The notes beneath the pieces were generated by a model, which was given only the letters and a program-made list of their open reading frames with translations, searched no databases and was not told the origin of the DNA. A program made the position numbers and the translations under genes. From an uncultured Alphaproteobacteria bacterium (GTDB lineage Bacteria; Pseudomonadota; Alphaproteobacteria; Rhizobiales; Xanthobacteraceae): a stretch of 64,000 nt of DNA. Each line of letters starts with the position of its first letter. Positions within the stretch are counted from its first letter, which is position 1. Positions 16,742-26,426 of the stretch are shown here, one piece after another. The stretch spans positions 48,670 to 112,669 of the forward strand of contig CAVXNW010000006.1 of the NCBI GenBank assembly GCA_963763255.1. The letters run 5' to 3'.

Positions 16742-19096
16742 CTAAAACGCCCCGGCCGTGAAATTGAGCCGTTGAGTCACGTCGTACGGCTGTTTGGCGA
16801 TCGGGTAGGCGTAATTGACCTGCAGCGGGCCGAACGGCGAATTCCAGATCAGCGCGGTACCGACCGAGGCCCGCATGGCCCGCGAGTTCGTGAGCTGCTG
16901 CGACGGCGACAGCGAGGCCAGACTCGAAGCGCCCGCCCCGGTCGCCCACAGGCTGCCGACATCGGAGAATGCTGCGACTTTCAGGTTGGCGTCCGATGGA
17001 ACGCCCGGCACCGGTGCTTCAAGCTCCGCCGAAGAGGTCCAATAAATGTTGCCGCCGACATTATCCATGGCGGTGCCGGGCGTTATGTCGCGCGGGCCGA
17101 AACCGTTCGGCGCAAAGCCGCGAATGAGCTGCGGTCCGCCAAAGAAATTGTCGAGCAGCGGCAGTTGCTGCCCGCCATAGGGCGACACGTAACCGCCCTG
17201 CGCCCGCACCATACCGACGAGATCGCCGACAATCGGATGGTAGTAGCTCACGTCTTCGGTAGTCTTGGCGAATTTTGCGGCGCCGCCGAGACCGGCAAAC
17301 TCATTGCTGGTCACCAAGCGCACTCCGCTGGTGGGATTTTTGGCGTTATCGAGCGTCGAATAGGTGACCGTTGGGCCGATTGACGACACCCAGATCGGCC
17401 CAGCGGCGGCCGCCTGCTGGATCGGCAGTGACGACACCCCTTCGGCCGGATCGAGCGACACCGCCTGATTGTAGATCGAGTAATTCCAGTTCACGCCGAG
17501 TTGCTCGGTTAGCGGCGTGCCGAGCGACAGCTTGGCCCCGTAGACGGTGCTGTTGAAGGACTGGTCGACATTGCCGATGGTCTCGTTGCCGAAAAGCTCA
17601 ACGCCAGCCGGCATGCGCCGGCCGAGGAAATACGGATCGGTGAGACCCACATCGAAGCCTTCCGCGTATTGGCCCCAGGTCACCGAAACCTTGCCGCGGT
17701 AGCCGGTGCCCAGAAGATTGCTGTCGCTGACGGTGACGCTCGCCATCAGGCCGGTGGCGGTGGAATAGCCGCCGGAGATGAAGAAATTTCCGGTATCCTG
17801 TTCCTGCACGTTGACATCGAGCACGACACGGTCAGGCGCCGAGCCGCGCTCGGTTTCGATCTTGACCGTTTTGAAATAGCCCAGCGCCTTCAGGCGCCGC
17901 TCGGCGCGATCGACCAGGGCCTTGTTGTAGGCGTCGCCCTCGCCGAAATCGAATTCGCGGCGGATGACGTCGTCGTGCGTCTTGGTGTTGCCGTGGATCT
18001 GGATGCGCTCGACATAGCGGCGTTCGCCTTGTTCGATCGAGTAGACGAGGTCGATGATCCCGGTGCCGCCGGCCTTGGGCGGCTCGCGCGTGGTGCGGGG
18101 CTCGGCGTGGGCGAACGGCTGGCCGCTCCGCGCCAGCGCCATGGTCAGGTCGTCGGTGGTTTTGTTGATCGCATCGGCGTCGAACATGCCGCCCGATTGC
18201 GTGCGCAGATAGGAACGCAGCGAGGCGGCATCGACGGTCTTGAGTTGGGTATCGATTGCGACCTTGCCGAAGCGATAGGGCGGGCCTTCGTTGAGCGTAT
18301 AGGTCACGACGACACCCTTGAGGCCGTCATCGTAGCTTGCCGACGAGCGCACCGTCACATCGGCGTAGCCGTGATCGCGATAGAACCGGCGCAAGAGATC
18401 GCAGTCGTTGTCGATCTTGTCGGTGTTGTAGATGTCATTGTCGAGCAGGAAGCTCAGAAAATTGGTCTTGCCGGTTTTGATCACGCCAGTCAGTTTGTAA
18501 GGGGGAAACGCGTGGTTGCCGGCGAACGCGATCTGGCGCACCGCCAGTTTGCCGCCTTCCTTGATCTGAAACACCACGTTGACGCGTTCGCCTGCGGAAA
18601 CGCCTGCCTTTGCGCCCTTATTGACGATGATCGTCTCCGGCGTGATCTGCACCTGAAAGTATCCATGCTGCCGATAGACCTCGATCATGTGCTCGACGTC
18701 GGCCTGCACGAAGAACCGCGACAGCGGCCCGCCCTCTTTGGATTGCAGGTCCCTTTTCAGCTCGGCATCCTTGACCTTCTTGTTGCCCTCGAAGGCGATC
18801 CGCATGATCGTTGGATTTTCCGCGACGGTGACCAGAACGCCGGCGCCCTGCCGGGTGATCTTTACGTCGGAGAACAGGCCGGTGGCGTAGAGCGCCTTGA
18901 TGGCGGCATCGCGTGCTCCGGCATCGAGCGGCTTGCCCGGAACGCCATGGAAGAACGAGCGGATCATTCCGGCATCGACATGCTGGTTGCCGGCAACCGC
19001 GATACGCGAATCCGTTTCGCCCTCCGCGCAGGCCGCGGTGACCGACCAGACCATCAGGATTGCAAGGAAGGCGGCGCGCGCCCACCGGCGAAGCAT
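16742..19096 (-). CDS. BamA/Omp85-family outer-membrane protein assembly factor (POTRA repeats plus beta-barrel)
   Basis: Signal peptide MLRRWARAAFLAILMVWSVTAACAEG (start at 19096 within the 805-aa ORF). The length fits five POTRA repeats. The barrel is Gly/aromatic-rich and the C-terminus ends ..LNFTAGAF (aromatic beta-signal). Confidence 0.85.
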   Translation of the reverse strand: MLRRWARAAFLAILMVWSVTAACAEGETDSRIAVAGNQHVDAGMIRSFFHGVPGKPLDAGARDAAIKALYATGLFSDVKITRQGAGVLVTVAENPTIMRIAFEGNKKVKDAELKRDLQSKEGGPLSRFFVQADVEHMIEVYRQHGYFQVQITPETIIVNKGAKAGVSAGERVNVVFQIKEGGKLAVRQIAFAGNHAFPPYKLTGVIKTGKTNFLSFLLDNDIYNTDKIDNDCDLLRRFYRDHGYADVTVRSSASYDDGLKGVVVTYTLNEGPPYRFGKVAIDTQLKTVDAASLRSYLRTQSGGMFDADAINKTTDDLTMALARSGQPFAHAEPRTTREPPKAGGTGIIDLVYSIEQGERRYVERIQIHGNTKTHDDVIRREFDFGEGDAYNKALVDRAERRLKALGYFKTVKIETERGSAPDRVVLDVNVQEQDTGNFFISGGYSTATGLMASVTVSDSNLLGTGYRGKVSVTWGQYAEGFDVGLTDPYFLGRRMPAGVELFGNETIGNVDQSFNSTVYGAKLSLGTPLTEQLGVNWNYSIYNQAVSLDPAEGVSSLPIQQAAAAGPIWVSSIGPTVTYSTLDNAKNPTSGVRLVTSNEFAGLGGAAKFAKTTEDVSYYHPIVGDLVGMVRAQGGYVSPYGGQQLPLLDNFFGGPQLIRGFAPNGFGPRDITPGTAMDNVGGNIYWTSSAELEAPVPGVPSDANLKVAAFSDVGSLWATGAGASSLASLSPSQQLTNSRAMRASVGTALIWNSPFGPLQVNYAYPIAKQPYDVTQRLNFTAGAF

Positions 19097-19133
19097 GACC
19101 CCATCCCGCCATAATTCAAACGACCGTATGAAT

Positions 19134-20240
19134 TCATCCGGTCTCCGGGGCGGAACCATGACGCTTTATGTCGGATTGTGGGGTATTGTTGGGGCACCCG
19201 CCACAAAGCATGACGCGATTTTCGCCGCGTTTCGGCGGGCCGATCACGCAATGGGCACATTCGCCGATGCGGGCCGCCCGCGCGGCGCCACCGGTGGCGG
19301 CAGATATTACAGAGTCGGTGCCGCGAAACAGCATCTTGAACACGGACCTGATCCATTGACTGGCAGGGTCGTTGTGAAACCGCGCGTGCCAGTATTGAAA
19401 GATATCGATCTTCGGCAGTCTGACGGGCGGCGTGATGATCGTCAGATCGAGATCATCCGCCAAGGCATTCGCGACCGACAGCGGCAAGGTCGCGATGGCA
19501 TCGGTTTGCCTGGCGAGCACCGCCGCGCCGGTGAAGATCGGGATGCGGCAGACGATATTGTCGCGCGGCACGGCCGCTTCGAGAGCGCGCTGCATGACCT
19601 CATGGGCGTGCCCGCTGCCGGCGATCGAAACCATCACATGCTTCTCGGCGGCGAATTCGCGCAAGGTAGGTTCGGATGAAAGCCGTGGGTGGCCGCGACG
19701 CGCCACGCTGACATAGCGCTCCACCCATAAAGCCTGGCGCCTGATGTTTTTCGGCAGCGACGGGTACGACCCCATCGCGAAGTCGAGCTTGCCGGATTCA
19801 AGCGAGCGTTCCAGATGCGCCGCATCGACCTGCGAGACGTTGAGCCGAACGCCAGGCGCCTCGCGCAGCAGTTTGTCGACCAGCGGCGGCAAGAGCTTCA
19901 GCAGGCCCGCATCCACCACGCAGAAATTGAACGTGCGCTGCGAGGTCGCCGGATCGAAAGCGCTGTGCCCGGTGCGCAGCGACGCCGCGCGTTCGAGAAT
20001 GGCGCGCACCGGCGCCTGCAACTGCAACGCCTTCGGCGTCGGCTCCATGCGCAGCGCGACGCGCACGAACAGCGGGTCGCCGAAATAGCGGCGCAGCTGC
20101 GCCAACGTCTTGCTCAGCGCTGGCTGCGTGACGTCGAGCGCGCGCGCCGCCCGCGTCAGGCTGTGCTCGCGCAGCAGCACGTCGAGCACCCGCAGCTGAT
20201 GCAGGTCAGGGTCACTATGCCTTTTGGGAATAGTCTGCAT
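19134..20240 (-). CDS. LysR-family transcriptional regulator (with an unusual ~60-aa C-terminal extension)
   Basis: N-terminal wHTH LHQLRVLDVLLREHSLTRAARALDVTQPALSKTLAQLR. It is divergent from the HpaB-like gene. Confidence 0.85.
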   Translation of the reverse strand: MQTIPKRHSDPDLHQLRVLDVLLREHSLTRAARALDVTQPALSKTLAQLRRYFGDPLFVRVALRMEPTPKALQLQAPVRAILERAASLRTGHSAFDPATSQRTFNFCVVDAGLLKLLPPLVDKLLREAPGVRLNVSQVDAAHLERSLESGKLDFAMGSYPSLPKNIRRQALWVERYVSVARRGHPRLSSEPTLREFAAEKHVMVSIAGSGHAHEVMQRALEAAVPRDNIVCRIPIFTGAAVLARQTDAIATLPLSVANALADDLDLTIITPPVRLPKIDIFQYWHARFHNDPASQWIRSVFKMLFRGTDSVISAATGGAARAARIGECAHCVIGPPKRGENRVMLCGGCPNNTPQSDIKRHGSAPETG

Positions 20241-20348
20241 ATCGTTCAGTTTATAGTTTAGCGCCGACGCCGGGCGTAAGCTAGCGGTTGATCGACAGCG
20301 GCAAAAAGTCCGGGGTTACCGGGCGATCCGCTCCCGGGGAGGACTGGC

Positions 20349-21890
20349 ATGCTGCGGACCGGCGAGCAGTACCTCAAGGCGCTCAACGATGGCCGTTCCG
20401 TCTGGGTCGGCAACCAGAAGATCGACAACGTCGCGACCCATCCGGCGACACGCGACTACGCGGCGCGCACCGCCGAGTTCTTCGATCTGCACAATCGCTC
20501 CGACCTGCAGGACATTCTCACCTACATGGACGAAAGCGGCGTGCGCCGCTCGATGGCGTGGTTTCAGCACCGCAGCAAGGAAGAGCTGGTCCGCAAGCGC
20601 CGCTATCTTGAATTCATCATGAAGCATTTCGTCGCGGCGTCGTGTCCACGCACGCCCGATTCGCAGAACTACATGCTGGTCACCTACATCGACGATCCCG
20701 AACCGTGGGAGAAGGCCGCCATCGGCGCCGACGGCCGCGGGCTCGCCGATAACATCCGCAATTTCTGGCGCTACGCGATGGACAACGATCTGGTCGTGGC
20801 GCCGCATTTCGTCGACCCGCAGGCCGACCGTTCCGATCCCGGCGCGCATGCGGTTTCTCCGGCCTTGCGCATCGTCGAAACCAACGACCGGGGCATCACG
20901 GTCAGCGGCGTCAAGGCGATCGGCACCGCGACACCGTTTGCCGACTTCCTCCATCTCGGCGTGTTCTTCCGGCCCGGCGCCAAAGGCGACCAGATCATCT
21001 ACGGCGTCTGCCCGGCGAACCTGCCGGGCATCACCATCGTGTGCCGCGAAAGCCTGGTCGAGCGCGATCCGGTCGAGCATCCGCTGGCGTCGCAGGGCGA
21101 TGAACTCGATGCCACCGTGCTGTTCGATAACGTGCTGATCCCCTGGAAATACGTGTTCCACATCGGCAATCCGGACCACGCCAAGCTTTACCCGCAGCGC
21201 GTGTTCGACTGGGGCCATTATTACGCGCTGGTGCGGCAGGCGGTGCGCGCGGAGCTCCTGGCCGGACTCGCCATCCTGATGTGCGAGCACCTCGGCACCA
21301 GCAAGATCGAGGCGGTGCAGTCGCGGATCGCCAAGATCATTGCGTTTCAGCAGACCACCTTCGCCCACGTGCTCGCGGCGGAAGACCAGGGATTTTTCAC
21401 GCCCGGCGGCCTCTACAAGCCCGACATCCAATTGTTCAACTGGGGCCGTGTCTATTTCCTGCAGAACTACGGCGCCATGGTGAATGAGCTGATCGACCTG
21501 TGCGGCCGCAGCGCCATCATGTTCCCGACCGAACAGCAATGGCGCGAGCCGGCCATGCATCCCTGGTTCGAACGGCTCAACAAGGGCGCGACGGGCGAAC
21601 CTTATGACCGGCTGAAGATTGCCCGCGTCGTCCGCGATCTCTATCTCACCGACTGGGGCAGCCGACTGGCGATGTTCGAAAATTTCAACGGCACGCCGCT
21701 GCAGACGCTGCTGTCTCTGACCATGAAGCGGGCCGAATTCACCGGTGCGGGGCCGTTCGCCGCGTTCGCCCGACGCGTGTGCGGCATCGAGGCCCAGGAT
21801 ACAATGACGGAGTACCAGGCGACCGTCGATTATGCGAAAGCGCAGGATGCCGGCCGGCGGCCGGCGATGAATATCGCGGCGGCGGAATGA
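20349..21890 (+). CDS. HpaB-family (4-hydroxyphenylacetate 3-hydroxylase-like) flavin-dependent monooxygenase, oxygenase component
   Basis: 513 aa. The N-terminus MLRTGEQYLKALNDGRSVWVGNQKIDNVATHP and the overall length are typical of the family. Confidence 0.8.
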   Translation: MLRTGEQYLKALNDGRSVWVGNQKIDNVATHPATRDYAARTAEFFDLHNRSDLQDILTYMDESGVRRSMAWFQHRSKEELVRKRRYLEFIMKHFVAASCPRTPDSQNYMLVTYIDDPEPWEKAAIGADGRGLADNIRNFWRYAMDNDLVVAPHFVDPQADRSDPGAHAVSPALRIVETNDRGITVSGVKAIGTATPFADFLHLGVFFRPGAKGDQIIYGVCPANLPGITIVCRESLVERDPVEHPLASQGDELDATVLFDNVLIPWKYVFHIGNPDHAKLYPQRVFDWGHYYALVRQAVRAELLAGLAILMCEHLGTSKIEAVQSRIAKIIAFQQTTFAHVLAAEDQGFFTPGGLYKPDIQLFNWGRVYFLQNYGAMVNELIDLCGRSAIMFPTEQQWREPAMHPWFERLNKGATGEPYDRLKIARVVRDLYLTDWGSRLAMFENFNGTPLQTLLSLTMKRAEFTGAGPFAAFARRVCGIEAQDTMTEYQATVDYAKAQDAGRRPAMNIAAAE

Positions 21891-21918
21891 CGCCGCGCTG
21901 TAGGGAAAGGTTCCGACC

Positions 21919-22572
21919 ATGGCGAAGCAAAAAATCAGTTACATCCCGCTGGAAAAAATGGACGCGCGGATGCGTGCCGAGATGGAGCGCTGCCAGCGCG
22001 AAGGCACGCCGCGGCCGGAAAGCTCGGCGATCCGCGCCCACGTGCCGGCCTGCTTCTGGTTCTTCGCCGAGTCCTGGCACAACATCTTCCGCACCGGCGT
22101 ACTCGATCACGCCATCAAGGAACTGTGCCGGCTCTACGTGTCGCGCTCGGTCGCCTGCGAATATTGCGGCAATCAGCGTTCGGTGAAGGCGACGACCAGC
22201 GGCGCGCTGATCGAAGACCAGGTGCTGGATCTGCTCAATTTCGAGAAATCCACCAAATACAACGAGCGGCAAAAGGCGGCGCTGGCCTATGCCGAAGCGA
22301 TCGTCTGGCATCTCAACACCGATGATGCGTTCTGGGATCGCATGCACGCCCAGTTCAACGAGCCCGAGCTGGTCGAACTCGGCTGCATGATCGGGCTCAC
22401 GATGGGCCAGCAGAGCTGGCTGCGGCTCCTCAACATCGAGCACCACCAGGTGATGGCCGGCACGTCGGCCTCGATGGCGCCGGGCTACGAAGACTCAAAG
22501 AGCCTGCAGGCGACCAAATCGCGCTCGGACTACTGGGCGAAATCGAAAGCCAAGTCGGAAAGCGCCGCCTGA
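21919..22572 (+). CDS. carboxymuconolactone decarboxylase (AhpD-like) family protein
   Basis: 217 aa with a CxxC-containing block (SVACEYCGNQRS) and a ..QKAALAYAEA.. block characteristic of AhpD-like proteins. Confidence 0.75.
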   Translation: MAKQKISYIPLEKMDARMRAEMERCQREGTPRPESSAIRAHVPACFWFFAESWHNIFRTGVLDHAIKELCRLYVSRSVACEYCGNQRSVKATTSGALIEDQVLDLLNFEKSTKYNERQKAALAYAEAIVWHLNTDDAFWDRMHAQFNEPELVELGCMIGLTMGQQSWLRLLNIEHHQVMAGTSASMAPGYEDSKSLQATKSRSDYWAKSKAKSESAA

Positions 22573-22631
22573 CGCACGGACTGCGGCGCGAGAGCCGGCG
22601 CTAGACCGGCCCGCGCGAGGGAGGAAACAAC

Positions 22632-23015
22632 ATGTATGCTGGCGATGCATCGTGGCTCGACACGGCCGGCCGATTGCTGATGATCGCGTTCTTTCTGGCG
22701 GTCGGCATTCGAAACTTGCAGAGGCAACACGTTGACGATCACGTCAAGCGTCTGACCAATTTCAAAGCGCCCTACCCGCTCGCCACGTTCTGGATCGGCC
22801 AGGGCATGGAGTTCGTCGGCTGCGCGCTAGTGCTGCTGAATTGGCATCCGGCGGTCGGCGTGCTGCTGCTCCTGGCGTTCACGATCGTCGCCTCGGGCCT
22901 GCTGCTGCGGTTCTGGGAAGTGCAAGGACCAATGCGCACCGGCATGCAGAACGGCATGCTCGCCAACGTCGGCGTCGTCGGCGGCTTGCTGCTGCTGTTG
23001 CAGCACGTGCGCTAA
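22632..23015 (+). CDS. DoxX-family small membrane protein
   Basis: 127 aa with four predicted hydrophobic helices and DoxX-like size and pattern. Confidence 0.65.
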   Translation: MYAGDASWLDTAGRLLMIAFFLAVGIRNLQRQHVDDHVKRLTNFKAPYPLATFWIGQGMEFVGCALVLLNWHPAVGVLLLLAFTIVASGLLLRFWEVQGPMRTGMQNGMLANVGVVGGLLLLLQHVR

Positions 23016-23056
23016 ATCGCATCGCACGAGCGGGCGGAGCACAAGGGAGGACGGTC

Positions 23057-24304
23057 ATGACGCGCGCAATGAATCGCCGTGGATTTTTGATGGGAAGCGG
23101 TGCGGCCGCGACAACTCCGTCGCTGTTGGCGAAACCCGCGCTGGCGCAGCAAAAACCCTTCAAGATCGGACTGATGACGGTGAAAACCGGCGGCCTTGCC
23201 GCCGGCGGCGTGCATCTCGAGGAGGGCATCACCTGCTTCCTCAAGGACAAGAACTACACGCTGGCGGGCCGCAAGATTGAGCTCATCGTTGCCGACACAG
23301 CAGGCGTGCCGGCCACCGCCAAGACCAAGGCGGTTGAGCTGGTCGAGCGCGACAAGGTCGATCTGATCATGGGGCCGCTCGCCGCGTTCGAATGGCTCGC
23401 CATCGAGGACTATCTCGGCCAACACAAGATGCCGACCATCGGCTTCGGCGGCGCCGAGGACCTGACGCAGCGCCATCGCAACACCTACCAGGTGCGCACG
23501 TCGGACAGTTCGGCGCAATGCCTCTATCCGCTCGCCGACTATGCGGCCAAGGAAATGAAGCTCAAGGCCGCCATCACCGCGGGCGACGATTTCGCCTTCG
23601 GTTACGAACAGGTCGGCGGCTTCCAGCGCGCATTCGAGGATGACGGCGGCAGACTCGTCAAGAAACTGTGGTCGCCGTTCAACACGCCGGATTACCTACC
23701 CTATCTGGCACAGATCGATCCGAAAAAGGCCGATGTCATCGTTCTGGTTTATGCGGGCGCCAACCCGATCAAGTTTGTCAAACAGTACCGCGCACAAGGC
23801 CTCACTCTGCCGCTCATCGGCGGTTCGACCGTCGCCGACGACAGCATCATGCGCAATTTCGGCGACGAGGCGATCGGCCTGATCAATTCGATCCCCTATA
23901 CGCTCGATCTCGACACCGCGGCGAACCATCGCTTCATCGCCGCGATGCAGAAATATTACGGCACCGACGTGCCGATCGGATTCTATGCGGCCGCGCTGTA
24001 CGTGAACGGCCAGATCCTGGAAGCGGCGCTGAAAGCCACCGGCGGCGACACCGAGCCCGACAAGCTGACCGCTGCCATCAAGGCCGTGTCGCTGACCGAC
24101 ACGCCGCGCGGCCCGGTCAAATTCGACGATTACGGCAATCTCACCTTCACGGTTTATATCCGCAAGGTCGAGAAGCAGGCCGGCAAGCTCGTCAATGTCA
24201 CCGTGAAGGCTTATCCGGACGTGAGTCAGTTCTGGCACTACGATCCAAAAAACTTCCTCGCGCAGCCGGTGTTTTCACGCGACTACCCGCCGCTGAAGCC
24301 TTGA
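23057..24304 (+). CDS. ABC transporter periplasmic substrate-binding protein (LivK/branched-chain amino acid-type family)
   Basis: Start ATG at 23057 after GGAGGA. Tat-like leader MTRAMNRRGFLMGSGAAATTPSLLAKPALAQ, then family blocks (FKIGLMT, GPLAA, AGDDFAFGYE). Confidence 0.85.
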   Translation: MTRAMNRRGFLMGSGAAATTPSLLAKPALAQQKPFKIGLMTVKTGGLAAGGVHLEEGITCFLKDKNYTLAGRKIELIVADTAGVPATAKTKAVELVERDKVDLIMGPLAAFEWLAIEDYLGQHKMPTIGFGGAEDLTQRHRNTYQVRTSDSSAQCLYPLADYAAKEMKLKAAITAGDDFAFGYEQVGGFQRAFEDDGGRLVKKLWSPFNTPDYLPYLAQIDPKKADVIVLVYAGANPIKFVKQYRAQGLTLPLIGGSTVADDSIMRNFGDEAIGLINSIPYTLDLDTAANHRFIAAMQKYYGTDVPIGFYAAALYVNGQILEAALKATGGDTEPDKLTAAIKAVSLTDTPRGPVKFDDYGNLTFTVYIRKVEKQAGKLVNVTVKAYPDVSQFWHYDPKNFLAQPVFSRDYPPLKP

Positions 24305-24355
24305 GCCGCGGACCCAACAGCAAACAATAAACAGCGCGTTGAGCCGGAGCAGTCG

Positions 24356-25333
24356 ATGATTAGAACCCCAGTCTGCGATCTCTTGCATATCGAACACCCG
24401 GTGGCTCTGGGCGGCATGGGCTCGGCGACGACACCCGAACTGGTCGCCGCGGTCTCCAATGCGGGCGGTCTCGGCGCGCTCGGCAGCTATCGACTCAAGC
24501 CGGATCAGGTCGTCGAAGGCACCGCCAGCATCCGCCGGCAGACCAACAAGCCGTTCGGGCTGAACTTCCTGCTGTTCGCGACGGGCGAGGACAGCATTGC
24601 GGCCGCGCTCGAATTGCGGCCGCCGGTGATGCAATTCGCCTGGGCCAAGCCCGAGCAGGATCTGCGCTCATATTTCGACCGGTCGCACAAGGCGGGCGCG
24701 CTCGTCACCTACATGGCGGGCACCGTGCCGGAAGCGAAACACGCCGCCGAAGCCGGCGCCGACATTATCATCGCGCAGGGCAGCGAGGGCGGCGGCCATG
24801 TCGGCTGGATGGCCAGCATGCCGCTGCTGCCGATGGTGGTCGACGCGGTCGCGCCGATCCCGGTTCTGGCGGCCGGCGGCTATGCGGACGGCCGCGGCCT
24901 CGCCGCGGCGCTGGCGCTCGGCGCCGACGGCATCCTGCTCGGCACGCGCTTTCTCGCCACGGTCGAGTCGCCGCTGCATCCGAATTTCAAGCAGGCGATC
25001 GTCGATAGCGACGGCCACGACACGGCGCTTTCGGAAATCCCCGACATCGCCTCCGGCCTCGTCTGGCCGGGCGCGATGATCCGCTCGCGGCGCAACCGTT
25101 TCATCGAGCGCTGGGCGGGCCGCGAATGGGCGCTGCGCCGCGACTGCGCAAAGGCGTCTGAAGGTCTCGCCACGGCGCGGCGGACCGGCGATGTCGACGA
25201 AGGTTCGCTGTCGATGGGCCAGGACGCCGGCCTTATCCACGACATCCCCCCGGCGGGCGAGATCGTCATACGCATCGTCAAAGAGGCGGAGGAGATTTTG
25301 ACAAAGCTGCCGCGCGTCGTTGTAAAGAAGTAG
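24356..25333 (+). CDS. nitronate monooxygenase (NMO / 2-nitropropane dioxygenase) family FMN enzyme
   Basis: 325 aa with blocks PIVLGGM-like (HPVALGGMG), GADIIIAQGSEGGGH, PVLAAGG and GADGILLGTRF. Confidence 0.85.
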   Translation: MIRTPVCDLLHIEHPVALGGMGSATTPELVAAVSNAGGLGALGSYRLKPDQVVEGTASIRRQTNKPFGLNFLLFATGEDSIAAALELRPPVMQFAWAKPEQDLRSYFDRSHKAGALVTYMAGTVPEAKHAAEAGADIIIAQGSEGGGHVGWMASMPLLPMVVDAVAPIPVLAAGGYADGRGLAAALALGADGILLGTRFLATVESPLHPNFKQAIVDSDGHDTALSEIPDIASGLVWPGAMIRSRRNRFIERWAGREWALRRDCAKASEGLATARRTGDVDEGSLSMGQDAGLIHDIPPAGEIVIRIVKEAEEILTKLPRVVVKK

Positions 25334-25355
25334 CGCGTGATGATCGAACCAAATC

Positions 25356-25446
25356 GTCATTGCGAGCGAAGCGAAGCAATCCAGGACGGCTTGCGATACC
25401 CGAGAGGCCCGCTGGATTGCTTCGTCGCTTCGCTCCTCGCAATGAC
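25356..25446. repeat. REP-type palindromic element, family 1 (second copy)
   Basis: GTCATTGCGAGCGAAGCGAAGCAATCCAGG ... CTGGATTGCTTCGTCGCTTCGCTCCTCGCAATGAC between convergent genes. Confidence 0.85.
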
Positions 25447-25449
25447 GCC

Positions 25450-26349
25450 CTACAGCCCCCGCGTTACATCGTCGAACAATTCCTCGACCGAATAGCGCCG
25501 CGGGATGATCTTCATCTCGAGCGCATAGCTCGACATCAGATCGAGCGCGGGCTTCACCGCATCGAAGCCGAACGGCAGAGCGTCGATCGTGCCGGGCTTG
25601 GGCAGGCCCGCGGCCTGTTTGCTGTCCTTGAGCATGCGGAACACTTCGCGCACCGCGCCCGGGTTGGCTTTCACCACTTCGTTCTTCACCACTACCATGT
25701 GGTTGACCGGCACCGTGCCGTATTTCTTGTACCACTCCTTGGCTGCCGCATCGGGATCGGGGATCACGCTCTTGAGCCGCGGATCGGTCGGCAAAACCGT
25801 GCCGAAGATCGCCGCATCGAGTTCGCCGTCGAGCAGCATCTTGGTCATGTCCTTGCCATCGGCGGCGCGCTCGACGCCGGGCGGATCCTTGAACTCGGGG
25901 ATGTGCGCGTCCTCGAACGTCACCCATCTGACCTTGCTGTTGTCGAGCCCGTAGTCCTTCCACAAAATTCCGCGCAGCCAGCAGCCGGTCGTCTGCGCGA
26001 ACGAGCGCACGCCGATGCGCCGGCCTTCCAGCGTCTGCGGCGTCACCGTGCCATGGTCGGAATTGTAGAGCATGGTGCCGTGCTGAAAGCGGCCCATCAT
26101 GGTGGCGGGCAAGAGCGTCAGCGGCTTGCCGTAGGCCTTGCCTTGCAGATAGCTCACCACGGCCATTTCGCAGATGTCGAACTTCAGGTCTCGCACCATC
26201 ATGCCGAAAGCCTTGTAGACCGGCGTGATTTCGGTCAGCCGCAGATCGACGCGATCGGACTTGATCTGTCCGCTCTTGAGCGCCTGGGTCTGCGGATAGG
26301 TCCCGAAGCAGGCGCTGATGGTGTCAAGTTTTTCGGCAGTCATACTCAT
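25450..26349 (-). CDS. binding-protein-fold protein without signal peptide, resembling the 4,5-dihydroxyphthalate decarboxylase (PhtD)-like family
   Basis: Start ATG at 26349 after GGAGGA (MSMTAEKLDT..). The pattern ..FDICEMAVVSY.. and the ~300-aa size recall PhtD-like proteins. The assignment is from memory. Confidence 0.6.
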   Translation of the reverse strand: MSMTAEKLDTISACFGTYPQTQALKSGQIKSDRVDLRLTEITPVYKAFGMMVRDLKFDICEMAVVSYLQGKAYGKPLTLLPATMMGRFQHGTMLYNSDHGTVTPQTLEGRRIGVRSFAQTTGCWLRGILWKDYGLDNSKVRWVTFEDAHIPEFKDPPGVERAADGKDMTKMLLDGELDAAIFGTVLPTDPRLKSVIPDPDAAAKEWYKKYGTVPVNHMVVVKNEVVKANPGAVREVFRMLKDSKQAAGLPKPGTIDALPFGFDAVKPALDLMSSYALEMKIIPRRYSVEELFDDVTRGL

Positions 26350-26426
26350 GGCATTTTCCTCCGCGGTCGAATTGATCTTATGATCCCGCGCAAGGTTAAA
26401 CCAGCCTGCGTTCTTCAATAGGGAGC

